A stretch of 64,000 nucleotides of DNA from Candidatus Asgardarchaeum abyssi. GTDB taxonomy: Archaea > Asgardarchaeota > Asgardarchaeia > Asgardarchaeales > Asgardarchaeaceae. The notes beneath the pieces are model-generated. The model ran no database searches, was not told the DNA's origin, and worked only from the letters and a program-made list of their open reading frames with translations. This document shows positions 29,311-39,723 of the stretch, in pieces; the stretch's first letter is position 1; every line of letters starts with the position of its first letter. A program made the translations under genes and the position numbers. The DNA lies in the NCBI GenBank assembly GCA_040225955.1, contig JBECUL010000002.1, positions 1-64,000 of the forward strand, given 5' to 3'.

Positions 29311-30005
29311 CTGTTTTACTCAAAAATGTCACTACAGCGTATCCCCGAAGTAAGGATCCAGCATTAAAAAATGTGTCAATAAGCATAAAGAAAGGGTCAT
29401 TATCGCTGGTAACGGGGCCTAATGGTGCTGGTAAAACCACATTATTGGAATTAATATTAGGTTTTCTACGGCCTTTAAGTGGAACTGTAAGAGTTCTAGG
29501 CCTGGAAATGCCTAAACATGCAAGAAAAGTTAGGCTTATGTCCAGTTATCTGATGCAGGATTTTATGAAACCACCAACCGAAACATATACAGTTAAACAG
29601 GTCGTTTCAATGGGTCTTGCAGCATTCAAAGGGCCAGTAAGACCATTGTCTGAGCGTGAAAAGGAATTAATAAAGCGAGCCATTAAAATGGTTGGGCTTG
29701 AAGGGCTCGAAGAGAAACCTATAGGAATCCTTAGTGGCGGACAGCAGCAGAGAGCTTTTCTCGCTAGAGTGATTGTAAGGCAACCAAAGTTAATATTGCT
29801 GGATGAGCCTTTTTCAAGCTTAGATCGTGAAGGTAGAATGGAAATATCCATGCTAATTAATGATATAAGGAAACATCTTAATTCGACCGTTATCGTTGTT
29901 AGTCATGATATATCACCGATAATAGACTATGTGGATAAAGTTATCGAAATGAAGGATGGATGCGTGGTGAGCGAGAATGATCTTCATGACTCTTCTATTT
30001 ATTGA
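29229..30005 (+). CDS. metal ABC transporter ATPase
   Basis: GPNGAGKTT, LSGGQQQR, LLDEP, VSHD. Confidence 0.92.
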   Translation: MRRSEIIRGEVRKDASRRVYGDDEYRVAVLLKNVTTAYPRSKDPALKNVSISIKKGSLSLVTGPNGAGKTTLLELILGFLRPLSGTVRVLGLEMPKHARKVRLMSSYLMQDFMKPPTETYTVKQVVSMGLAAFKGPVRPLSEREKELIKRAIKMVGLEGLEEKPIGILSGGQQQRAFLARVIVRQPKLILLDEPFSSLDREGRMEISMLINDIRKHLNSTVIVVSHDISPIIDYVDKVIEMKDGCVVSENDLHDSSIY

Positions 30006-30831
30006 GGCTTTGATAGCGGCTCTTTTGGCTGGCAGCCTTTGTGGAGTTCTTGGTACATATCTTCGAAAACTTGGATTATTAACGTTATGTTTCACAGTTG
30101 CTCATGCAGCCCTTGCTGGAGCAGCCTTCTCAATTCTTTTTTCTACACCACCTGAACTAACGGCCTTTTCTTTTAGTGTTATCGCGGCGTTTATTGTAGA
30201 GATTCTATACTATAAGGTTGGTATTGAAAGGGAAATTATTTCGATGTGCACTTTTTCTCTGTCTTCTGCTCTTGCAATGTTTGCCATATATATGGTTCCA
30301 TCTGTGACTTTAACATCTGAAACAGCATCACTAATCCTTTGGGGAAGCATCTTAGCAGCGACTCCCGCAAAAATAATTCTTCTTACATTTCTTTCAATAT
30401 CCCTAATCATATACATTTTATCATTTAAGCTTGAAATAGACACTTTGCTTTTCGATATTAAGCTTGCCGAGGCCGAGGGTGTCAATATACAGTTCCACTC
30501 AACAGTACTATTGGTATTGACGGCCATCGCCATCTCAATTATTTTAAAACTTACCGGAGGATTCTTGGTTTTTGCACTCCTTTTTAATCCAATAGCAGCG
30601 GTTGAAAGACTTTCATATAAAAGGCAACCGCTATTAGGAGGTATCGTTGGAGGCATTTCTGGGATCATAGGTGTCGTGATAAGCTATGTTTTTGATACTC
30701 CAATAGGGGCAACAATAGCTGTTACTGCAAGCCTTATGTTAATAACAGGAGTAAGTGTATCAAGCATATTAGAATACCTTAGAAAGAAGAACCTAAAAAC
30801 TGCATTAAATAATTCCAATCCGTATAACTGA
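29977..30831 (+). CDS. metal ABC transporter permease (ABC-3 family)
   Basis: VAHAALAG, LWGSIL, FD..LAEAEG, TPIGATI. Confidence 0.9.
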   Translation: MIFMTLLFIEALIAALLAGSLCGVLGTYLRKLGLLTLCFTVAHAALAGAAFSILFSTPPELTAFSFSVIAAFIVEILYYKVGIEREIISMCTFSLSSALAMFAIYMVPSVTLTSETASLILWGSILAATPAKIILLTFLSISLIIYILSFKLEIDTLLFDIKLAEAEGVNIQFHSTVLLVLTAIAISIILKLTGGFLVFALLFNPIAAVERLSYKRQPLLGGIVGGISGIIGVVISYVFDTPIGATIAVTASLMLITGVSVSSILEYLRKKNLKTALNNSNPYN

Positions 30832-30927
30832 GGAGTAACGTTATTTCTAGATAAGCTATCCTATTTTGTAATGGAAATTATCACAATAGTTGCTAGGCGA
30901 GACAGAAATAATAGTTTTTATTTTACT

Positions 30928-31269
30928 TTAAATTAATTCTTTTACTTCAGAAATAAATATCTCTATACGTGAATCTCTTAATTCAAGAATTTTACCATTA
31001 GCATGTTTATGATTTGAATAGGTTGCGATCTTAAGATGGTGGGTGCGTTATCATAACGAAGAACAGATCTATTATATTTCACAAGCGTATATGAGTATCT
31101 AATTATTTTTCCAGCAGGGAGGAACACATATACATCTAAAATGTATGTTCTTTAATGATAGCTCTTAACTTAAAACTGCCTGTATTTGGATTATTTTAGC
31201 TATTCTAATATTTAATAAGTTTGATACGTTTTACGTTTAGTCCTTTTAATATATTAGTAACTTCTTCAA
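30928..31269 (-). pseudogene. DUF6516 (TumE-like) toxin, multiply disrupted
   Basis: Manual translation across frameshifts: FKLRAIIKEHTFLDVYVF..KIIRYSYTLVK..LRYDNAP/HHLKIATYSNHKH, matching RYDNAPHH...HKH. TTGA overlap with the upstream antitoxin. Confidence 0.75.
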
Positions 31270-31538
31270 CTCTCTTTAATACGCTTCTCAATTTCTTTCA
31301 GCTCTTCCTCAATTTTTTCAAGAGCCTCAACTAGCGCATCCCACTCTAAAAATTCTTCAAGTAATTCATGATTATCTGGCTCTGGAATCTCACCTTTTTG
31401 CCACTTAATAGCAAATTCCTTACTATCTAGACCAAATTTTTCTTCATATTTCTCTAACTCATTCAATATCCAATCTCGTAGCTCAATTTTCTTTCTTAAT
31501 GTGTCAATCACTTTCATCAATGACAAGAAAATCACCAT
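31266..31538 (-). CDS. small antitoxin-like protein (TumA-like partner of DUF6516)
   Basis: LEKYEEKFGLDSKEF..W..G...EFLEW pattern. Confidence 0.7.
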   Translation of the reverse strand: MVIFLSLMKVIDTLRKKIELRDWILNELEKYEEKFGLDSKEFAIKWQKGEIPEPDNHELLEEFLEWDALVEALEKIEEELKEIEKRIKES

Positions 31539-31786
31539 CTCTTTTTCTTATTTATCTCTTGATAATAATTGCATTCTATTACTTATATATTTACGCAAGC
31601 ATGCTGAAATAATAACCAATATATATCCAAATCATAAAATTTTCAGACTCTCGCACTAAATTGATGGTATGTACTGTTTAATGAAGGCTTTCTTTATCTG
31701 AACTATGTGACTAAACTTCTGAGCTTAGAAAACTTAAAAAGGTTGATTATTAAAATTAACTTAAAAAGCTTAGAGGCTTACTATAT

Positions 31787-32302
31787 ATGTCTATACCACA
31801 TAAAAAGAAGGAAAAAGAAAAACAGTTTGAGGACGAGGAGTATATTCGAAGAAGAATATCTGAAATTTTAAAAAATTGGGATGAGATTAAACGAAACTAC
31901 ATTTTGCTTTGGTTAGGTCTTAATATAGCAGCCTTCATCATGGGGTTTTCATCATTTATTCACATATTAGGTAGTGCCTCTTCAGCAACTATTGTATATA
32001 TAAGCATATTTATCTGGGTGATTCTAGCAGCCTTCCTGTGCGTAATATGCAGTCTCTATAAGAAAAAATTTACTAAATATATTACTTATAGAGCAACTCG
32101 CGATGAAACTTTAGCTCCACTAATTACGTACATGGTTGGACTTTTATTTACGCCGCTATACTTTGGTGTGATGTCGTCTAGAGAACTAATGATATCAGTA
32201 GCGCTTTTAGCAGTAGTACTCATTATATTCTATCTGATGATTAATCCATGGCGTGGATTAAATGACATAAAGATGAAACTAGAAGAAAACCTATTATTAT
32301 AA
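31787..32302 (+). CDS. membrane protein (4 TM)
   Basis: Four hydrophobic segments; GAGG RBS. Confidence 0.7.
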   Translation: MSIPHKKKEKEKQFEDEEYIRRRISEILKNWDEIKRNYILLWLGLNIAAFIMGFSSFIHILGSASSATIVYISIFIWVILAAFLCVICSLYKKKFTKYITYRATRDETLAPLITYMVGLLFTPLYFGVMSSRELMISVALLAVVLIIFYLMINPWRGLNDIKMKLEENLLL

Positions 32303-32423
32303 AGTACTTTCTAATTAGTGCAAAATTAAGGTTTATGGGTTATTATTTTCTTGAAGACAAATAATGAAAAGAGAAAGCACAGATTTCCGAATAGGTCATT
32401 CATTAGTATTTTTAATATTAGGT

Positions 32424-33231
32424 TTATTTCCTTCTCCTTCTCGCTTTAAAACCCAATAAGATATATTTAGTTTTCTTAAAACCTATTTTTTCGTACACTC
32501 TTATTGCCGGCAGATTATCCTTTGCAACCCAAAGTATTACCTCCTTACTAAGGCTCAATAGCTCTTTTGATATAGCTGAGCATACAGATGTTGCAAGTCC
32601 TTTATTTCTAAAGGAGGGATGTGTATATACTTCCCTGATAAGGGCTACGCTATCTAAAAATTCAGTGGATGTTGCAAGAGATGCTAATAACTCTTTTTCA
32701 TAATAAGCACCATATACTATGCCTCTGCGAATTGCCTTTTTAATAGCTTTTGATCTCTCTTCTCCAAATTGTTTAAGGACATCATCTAAATCTTCAACTC
32801 CCAGCTTTTTAACACGGTGCTTGATTATTGGGTTAAAGGTTTTAGAATTCACTTTCATGACGAAAAATATGGTTATTTTTCCATGACTTGCAACGTCCAT
32901 AGACTCAATAGATTTGAAAACATCTTCAACGACTGCTAAATGGCCAGGCTCTATAACAAACAACATCTCATCCAAATCAATACATTTTAAGAGTTCGGCC
33001 GTACTTTCTACACTTCCATGTGTGAACTATTCTTTTATCAAATTCAAAAATATAACCATGAATATTTTTATCCTTAAAGACTATCCAAACTTCAGTTCTG
33101 TCTCGTATAAACTTCAGATTATAGATCGTGAAAATATGCAAAATTGGATCCTTATTCAGAAAGTCAAAAAATTTCTCTTGGTCTGCCTCTTCAATAGGAA
33201 GTATCTTAAAGTGGTTTCGCATCATAACCAC
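32424..33231 (-). pseudogene. GNAT acetyltransferase split by a frameshift
   Basis: C-terminal ORF has VYTHPSFRNKGLAT and NLPAIRVYEKIGF. The N-terminal ORF joins it (..IVHT/GSVESTAELLKCIDLDEML..) through a shift at about 33019-33024. Confidence 0.75.
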
Positions 33232-33417
33232 CGCAAGCTATACAAATCTAATAGTTTTTAACATTTAATTTTCTCTAAATGTTATTCTAATGCTTATGAT
33301 TCTGCAAGCGTCTTTGTGGTGGTTACTGCCAACTAAAATATCTATAAACTTTATATACTGAGATTGGCTAACTATGATCTAACAGAAAACTTTATTAAAT
33401 TCTTCTATCATTTTTTA

Positions 33418-33455
33418 TTAGGTAACCCTAAATAAATAATTAGGAAAACCTAATT
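33418..33455. promoter_or_regulatory. tandem DtxR-family boxes (TTAGG-N4-CCTAA) upstream of the feo operon
   Basis: TTAGGTAACCCTAA (33418-33431) and AATTAGGAAAACCTAATT (33438-33455), downstream of TATA-like TTTATTAA (33391). Confidence 0.8.
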
Positions 33456-33493
33456 TTGTGATATTGCACAAAATTGTATAGATCGGTGAAAAA

Positions 33494-33733
33494 ATGATGT
33501 TGAAAAAACTTAGTGAGCTAAAAGTAGGTGAAACAGGAAAAGTTGTGAAAATCCAAGGTGATGTAAGCCTCAAACGAAAACTCTTAGATATGGGTATTAC
33601 ATCTAGAACCAAAATTAAAGCAGTAAGAACTGCCCCTTTAAAAGATCCTATAGATTTTGAGGTTAAAGGCTATCAACTATCTCTCCGAAGAATAGAAGCA
33701 GAAAATGTTATAGTTGAACTAGAGGATGAGTGA
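33494..33733 (+). CDS. feoA: ferrous iron transport protein A
   Basis: LSELKVGE, KLLDMGIT, APLKDPI, LSLRRIEA. Confidence 0.93.
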   Translation: MMLKKLSELKVGETGKVVKIQGDVSLKRKLLDMGITSRTKIKAVRTAPLKDPIDFEVKGYQLSLRRIEAENVIVELEDE

Positions 33734-33736
33734 AGG

Positions 33737-33985
33737 ATGCATAGCACAGTACAAATGCCATTAGCGTTAGTCCCAGAAGGTGCATTAGTTGAGGTTGTAG
33801 CATACTCTCCAAATGTGGGGAAGGGTTTTATGCATAAAGTTACTGCCCTAGGGTTAATTCCTGGCGCAATTATCAAGGTTATACGTAATCACTTTCCTGG
33901 ACCAATAATGCTTGATATTAAAGGTTTTAGAATTTTTATCGGTCACGGGATTGCAAATAAAATTCTTGTAAGGGTGATAGGATGA
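33737..33985 (+). CDS. feoA: FeoA-family protein
   Basis: MPLALV, ALGLIPGA, GPIML, IGHGIANKILV. Confidence 0.88.
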   Translation: MHSTVQMPLALVPEGALVEVVAYSPNVGKGFMHKVTALGLIPGAIIKVIRNHFPGPIMLDIKGFRIFIGHGIANKILVRVIG

Positions 33986-36000
33986 TGTTAAGAACGGTTT
34001 CTCCCTTAAAAGTTAAGGTAGCGCTTGCTGGAAACCCAAATGTTGGGAAAAGTGTAGTCTTTAACAATCTAACTGGTGCAAGACAGCATGTTGGGAACTG
34101 GCCTGGGGTTACTGTAGAGAAGAAAGAGGGTCTGTGCACATTTGAGGATGCGAAAATTGAAGTTGTAGATTTACCTGGAATATATAGCTTAACAGCGAAC
34201 AGTATTGATGAGATAATAGCACGCAACTATATAGTTGAAGAAGCTCCAGATATTGTTGTCGATATTGTGGATGCTTCAAACCTTGAGAGGAACTTATACT
34301 TAACACTTCAACTTCTTGAGCTTGGAGCAAATGTGATAATACTCCTTAACATGATGGACCTTGCTGAAGAGAAGGGATTTAAAATTGATACTAAGAAATT
34401 GGAGAAATTAATTGGAGTTCCAGTAGTCCCGTCAGTGGCACCTAAAAGAATTGGAATGAATGAACTTTGCCAAAAGATAGTTGAAACTAAAAAGAAATCC
34501 TTGACGTATAAAAAGATATTTAAGTATAGTAAGGATCTTGAGGAAGGCATTGAAAGGGTCAGACATGTTTTAGAGCAATACAAAGAATTATCAAAATATA
34601 ACCTTCGTTGGTTAGCAATCAAGCTTCTTGAAGATGACGATGAGGTTAAGAAATTAATAGTTAAAAGCATTTCCAATTATAATGCTATATTTTCTGAGGT
34701 TGAGAAAATAAAATCAGAGCTGGAGAAAAAATATGACGATCTAATAGTAGCCTTCGCTGACGAAAGATACAGAATAATCAGTCAAATCGTGTCCCAAGTA
34801 GTAACAAAAGTGCAAGTAGAAGAACCAACATTGACTAGTATGCTGGATGAGGTATTCACCCATAAATACCTGGGCATTCCGATCTTCTTAACACTTATGT
34901 GGGCTGTATTTCAGTTCACATTTACTGTTGCAGCACCAATATCGGACTTATTTGATATGATATTTTCTAGTTTGGCAGAGATCGCATCAACGAATATTAA
35001 ACCTACGTGGTTAGGATCTTTGATAGGCGAAGGGATAATAGGTGGTCTTGGATTCGTTTTTGTGTTCGCACCAAATATATTCTTTATGTTTCTAGCATTG
35101 TCTATACTAGAGGATAGTGGATATCTGGCAAGGGCTGCATTTAATATGGATAAGATAATGTATAAATTAGGGCTTCATGGCAAATCCTTTATACCATTAT
35201 TGTTGGGTTTTGGATGCAATGTTCCGGCGATAATGTCAACGAGGACTATTGACAATGAAAATGATAGGCTGATTACTATTTTGGTGAACCCATTAATGTC
35301 GTGCAGCGCTCGTCTACCAGTTTATGTACTCTTTGCGGGAATTTTCTTCTCAGCATATGCTGGTAATGTGATATTTTCAATGTATCTTCTTGGTATTGTG
35401 CTGGCGGTACTAATAGCGTTAATATTAAGAAAAACATTATTTCCAGGCAAACCATCTTATTTCGTAATGGAAATGCCACCTTATATGGTACCTACATTAA
35501 GAAGTATAGTCGTACATACATGGGAAAGAGGATCTATGTTTATTAAAAAGGCAGGTACGATCATAATAGCAGGGTTGGTAGCTATCTGGGCATTATCGAA
35601 CATACCATATGGTGCTCCTATAGAGGAATCGCTTGTAGGCCAATTTGGTAAGTTGTTAGAACCTATATTTGCACCTTTCGGTTGGGATTGGCGAATTGCT
35701 GTTGCATTGTTTTTCGGGTTTATTGCAAAGGAGATTGTAATTGGCTCGTTGGCAATACTTTATGGAACGGGTGAAGAAACTTTATATGGCCCTATTTCGA
35801 ATGCCTTAACTCCTCTCTCAGCATACGCGTTAATGGCATTTGTATTAATATATGTCCCATGTATTGCAACAGTGGGAATCATAAAACAAGAAACTGGATC
35901 TTGGAAATGGACACTTTTTGCAATAGCTTATGAGTTAATATTGGCATATCTAGTTGCGGGATTTATTATTTTAATAGGCCATCTAATAGGTCTTGCTTGA
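33982..36000 (+). CDS. feoB: ferrous iron transport protein B
   Basis: GNPNVGKS, GNWPGVTV, DLPG, NMMD, LEDSGY, GFGCNVP, MSCSARLP, YVPC. Confidence 0.97.
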   Translation: MMLRTVSPLKVKVALAGNPNVGKSVVFNNLTGARQHVGNWPGVTVEKKEGLCTFEDAKIEVVDLPGIYSLTANSIDEIIARNYIVEEAPDIVVDIVDASNLERNLYLTLQLLELGANVIILLNMMDLAEEKGFKIDTKKLEKLIGVPVVPSVAPKRIGMNELCQKIVETKKKSLTYKKIFKYSKDLEEGIERVRHVLEQYKELSKYNLRWLAIKLLEDDDEVKKLIVKSISNYNAIFSEVEKIKSELEKKYDDLIVAFADERYRIISQIVSQVVTKVQVEEPTLTSMLDEVFTHKYLGIPIFLTLMWAVFQFTFTVAAPISDLFDMIFSSLAEIASTNIKPTWLGSLIGEGIIGGLGFVFVFAPNIFFMFLALSILEDSGYLARAAFNMDKIMYKLGLHGKSFIPLLLGFGCNVPAIMSTRTIDNENDRLITILVNPLMSCSARLPVYVLFAGIFFSAYAGNVIFSMYLLGIVLAVLIALILRKTLFPGKPSYFVMEMPPYMVPTLRSIVVHTWERGSMFIKKAGTIIIAGLVAIWALSNIPYGAPIEESLVGQFGKLLEPIFAPFGWDWRIAVALFFGFIAKEIVIGSLAILYGTGEETLYGPISNALTPLSAYALMAFVLIYVPCIATVGIIKQETGSWKWTLFAIAYELILAYLVAGFIILIGHLIGLA

Positions 36001-36460
36001 GGTGTTTAAAATGGTTAATGTACCAGAAAAAAGAAATAAAGCTGTGGCCATCTTTTCCCTAATACTCAGTATATTATACTTTTTCTTTGGAAGCTTAGAG
36101 ATAACTTTCTGGCTTGGATTTGATGTAACATATTTGTCGCCAGTAACAATATATAGTGACGCTTTTGCAGGCTTTACACTAATCGTTACATCTCTTATAT
36201 TTGCAGCAGGCTTTATTAATCTCTGGAGGAATGAAGTAAGGGGATATTCCTATGTGCTTGTTGGTTTGTTTGTTGCATCAGTCTTAGGGATATTACAGTT
36301 TTTGATACTTGTTGCAAACTGGACTGAACGATATGTGCTACTCAATGAGGATTTCGCAGATTGGACTTGGATTGATGATTTCAGGGCTGTTATTCCTTTG
36401 TGGATTATGTCATTACCCCTAATAGTACCGCTTAGATCATTAAAGATGAGGAGGGTGTAA
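35993..36460 (+). CDS. membrane protein within the feo operon
   Basis: Three to four hydrophobic helices; overlaps the feoB stop. Confidence 0.7.
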   Translation: MLEVFKMVNVPEKRNKAVAIFSLILSILYFFFGSLEITFWLGFDVTYLSPVTIYSDAFAGFTLIVTSLIFAAGFINLWRNEVRGYSYVLVGLFVASVLGILQFLILVANWTERYVLLNEDFADWTWIDDFRAVIPLWIMSLPLIVPLRSLKMRRV

Positions 36461-36497
36461 ACTGTATCACGAAACCTAAAGTTAAGTTAGTCCAATA

Positions 36498-36737
36498 TTG
36501 GTGATCAGTATGAGTTCCCGACCTTTAACTGATATAAGGAGCTGTGGGGTGATAACTCAAGTGAAAGGAGGAATAGAGGAGCTTAGACGTCTTGCTTCAC
36601 TTGGTCTTGCACCAGGAAGGACAGTGAAAGTTCATGTAAATTGCAGTATTATGGTTATTGAGGTTAATAATTCGGTACTTGTGCTTGATCGACAAATAGC
36701 GTCAAAGATTATGGTAAGTGACCGATATGAGGATTAA
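36498..36737 (+). CDS. feoA: FeoA-family protein
   Basis: RRLASLGLAPG, LDRQIASKIMV. Confidence 0.85.
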   Translation: MVISMSSRPLTDIRSCGVITQVKGGIEELRRLASLGLAPGRTVKVHVNCSIMVIEVNNSVLVLDRQIASKIMVSDRYED

Positions 36738-38643
36738 AGTGGCGTTAGTTGGCCATCCTAATGTAGGTAAGTCTGTGATATTCAATGATCTAACTGGACT
36801 GAACGCCATAGTATCTAACTATCCAGGTACGACTGTTGAGGTCTATAGAGGAAGCATAAAGTGGAAGGGGTTCACTATCGAAATAGTGGATACGCCCGGC
36901 ACTTACTCTATGACACCTTCAACACAGGCCGAAGAAGTAACCCGAAGAGTCATTCTCGAAGAGATACCTGATGTAATAGTTCATGTTATTGACGCTGTCA
37001 GTATAAAACGTCACCTTTACTTGACGCTTGAACTCTTAGAAATAGGGATCCCATTAATACTTGTAGTGAATCAGATTGATAGAGCTGAAGCTCTAAAAAT
37101 TAATGTTTCAAAGGAAGAACTGGAGAGCCTTCTCGGTATCCCGGTTATTATGTGTGTGGCTGTAAAGAGAGTAGGCATAGAAGCTCTCTTGGATAGCATT
37201 ATAGAGTCTCATAAATGCAAGCCACCAGCTCATCCTAGATATTCTAAAACTCTTGAAAAATATCTGAAGCTTGTTGAAGAAGCACTTAGGGAGAAGCTTC
37301 CTCACAAACTTAAGCGCTTCAGTAGATTTATAGCAACGCAGGTAATTCTAGGAGATGAAGAATTCAAAGATTTACTCAGTCTCATACCTGAACATCTGAG
37401 AGCAGAAATACCTAATTACGGTAGACAGTTTATCTTAGAGCGAGTAAAAAAAGCAGATGATGTTTATGAGAAATCTGTTAACACAGAGAATGCAGAATGC
37501 ATCAGGTTAACTAGGGTTGATTATATCTCGGTGAAACCGGTCTTTGGAATAATTGTTATGGCTGCACTCACACTAGCTGTGACATGGGCGACACTCGGAC
37601 TGATACATATGGTAGGACATAGAATCCCAAGTATGTTTTACGAAAATTTTTACGATCCTTTCATTAGAAATCTCATTGAAGAATTGGTTCCTGAGGGACC
37701 AGTTCGTTATATACTCATTGGAGAGAAACCTGGTATTTACAGCTCACTAGGTCTACTGACAACAGGTGTGTTTTTCGTATTCTTTATGATACTTCCAGCG
37801 CTTATAGTTCTCTACTTTGTTCTGGGAGTGCTTGAAGATGCTGGAATCCTGCCGAGATTATCAGTTAGCTTTCATAAGCCTCTATGCAGGATAGGGTTGT
37901 CGGGAGATGCCGTAATGCCCTTAGTGACAGGTACTGGTTGCAGTATTGTTGGAGTACTGTCGACACGTATACTCAGAAATGATAAGAATAGGATGATAGC
38001 ATCCTTTTTACAAGTCTTAGGAATTCCATGTATGGCGCAACAAGTAATGATATGGCGGGTTCTTGGCGATTACGGCTTAATATACATTCTTGTGCTTTAT
38101 CTCCTCCTACTTTCTATCATTTTGATTACGGGACTTATCTTAAATATGATTGTACCAGGTGAGGACACCATTCTTCTATTGGAAATACCTCCATGGAGAA
38201 AACCACAGTTAAGGAACTTGTTAAGGAAGACTTATACAAGGATTTTGTCTTTCCTAAGGAGCGGTGTCCCTCTTGTCTTCTTAGGGGTACTCCTTGCAAA
38301 TCTCATTTATTATACAGGAATAGTAACTATGATCGCAGAACTACTTAGCCCAGTAATGTCAGGCTTATTCAAACTCCCTAGCGAAACTTGTGTTGCATTA
38401 ATAATTAGTGTTTTAAGGAAAGACGTTGCAGTCGGTATACTAGGGGGATACAGTTTATCTCCGCTTCAAATGCTAACAGCAGTAACCGTGGTATCGCTTA
38501 CTTTTCCATGTATAGGATCATTTGCAATTCTACTCTCTGAGTTTGGGATAAAGCGAACATTAAAAATGATGTTCTTAATGTCTATAATTTCCTTAGTAGT
38601 AGGCTCTCTTCTAGGAATCCTATCATCCATAGTAAACATTTAG
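36718..38643 (+). CDS. feoB: second, divergent FeoB-family transporter
   Basis: GHPNVGKS, SNYPGTTV, DTPG, NQID, LEDAG, GTGC, PCM, FPC. Confidence 0.92.
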   Translation: MTDMRIKVALVGHPNVGKSVIFNDLTGLNAIVSNYPGTTVEVYRGSIKWKGFTIEIVDTPGTYSMTPSTQAEEVTRRVILEEIPDVIVHVIDAVSIKRHLYLTLELLEIGIPLILVVNQIDRAEALKINVSKEELESLLGIPVIMCVAVKRVGIEALLDSIIESHKCKPPAHPRYSKTLEKYLKLVEEALREKLPHKLKRFSRFIATQVILGDEEFKDLLSLIPEHLRAEIPNYGRQFILERVKKADDVYEKSVNTENAECIRLTRVDYISVKPVFGIIVMAALTLAVTWATLGLIHMVGHRIPSMFYENFYDPFIRNLIEELVPEGPVRYILIGEKPGIYSSLGLLTTGVFFVFFMILPALIVLYFVLGVLEDAGILPRLSVSFHKPLCRIGLSGDAVMPLVTGTGCSIVGVLSTRILRNDKNRMIASFLQVLGIPCMAQQVMIWRVLGDYGLIYILVLYLLLLSIILITGLILNMIVPGEDTILLLEIPPWRKPQLRNLLRKTYTRILSFLRSGVPLVFLGVLLANLIYYTGIVTMIAELLSPVMSGLFKLPSETCVALIISVLRKDVAVGILGGYSLSPLQMLTAVTVVSLTFPCIGSFAILLSEFGIKRTLKMMFLMSIISLVVGSLLGILSSIVNI

Positions 38644-39032
38644 TATATTTAAAGGCAATCATAAATAGAAAGTCTAACAATACCAGAATCAGTATTATTG
38701 CTATTATATGTTACTTAAAGTCAGAACACTAATCCTCTTTTATAACGTGATTTTCATTCAAATAAGGCAATCTTTCTATCTAATATAGCTTACGTAAATG
38801 GTAAGCATGTGAAGATACTTATGAAAACAATGAGAGTTTCTATAGCGATTTAGACATTAACGTCAGGGCTTCTTTTATCCAATTTAACTGAAAATTCAAG
38901 AGTGAACTGTGAGTTATTGTAGTAATTAAGAAAAAATTGTCCACTTTTTTATCGTCGTAAAAATGCGTGTCAGGTGGAGTATAGTCGTGATGTATCGTCA
39001 TTGGATGCGAGAATAACATTTTCAATTTAGTA

Positions 39033-39545
39033 ATGGGGTGCCTTATTTCGAAAGATGAGCTGTATGACCTTTTGGTCATTATAATCTCGGTGCTCTGCAC
39101 AGTACTATTACACAGTTCTATCCCACCAAGAATTAAAAAGGCAAATCTCACCCATGGACATTATCTTTCTGAATTACTACGGAGCTTTATTTTTCAAAAG
39201 GGGCTGAAACTTGGTTTTTTAAGGCATATTTTTTACAAGTGCTCGGATAAATCAGAAAAACATAAGGAAATAGAACTAGAGGTAACAGGGCCTAATTCTT
39301 TCTCTTCAAAAGACAATAAGATAGCAATATATGGCTATCACAAAGGAATATATTTACTCGACATAGACAAAGAAACAATAGATTCCCTATTTACAACCAA
39401 GGGAGATCCAAAAACGATTAAGTGGTCCCTCACTAGCAAATATCTATTAGCTGTAGATACTAAGAAAAATGTATATGTAATTAATGCTGATGGACGCTTG
39501 TTAATAGGTCTAAAAGGCTTAGATGCATGCTGGTATCAAGCGTAA
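39033..39545 (+). pseudogene. probable C-terminal remnant of a WD40/beta-propeller protein
   Basis: Only the 3' half looks protein-like (FSSKDNKIAI..IYLLD..IKWSLTSKYLLAV..VYVINADG). Confidence 0.4.
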
Positions 39546-39723
39546 TACTAAAATATCTATCGTCGTAAGGTAGCTGGTGAGGAAATTTCAGTTCATTAGC
39601 TATGTATATATAGTTAGATTTTTATCTGCACTATTATATTTGATGAGATGTCAATTTGGTAAAGTATATCATTTATAGGAAAAATGATTTTAATACCACT
39701 TTTCGCAGCCCTACTAATGCCTT

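Noticed and set aside
36468-36497. Third DtxR-like box before the second feoA-feoB
   Set aside because: Only degenerate half-matches (AACCTAA; TTAAGTTAGTCCAA); not supportable.
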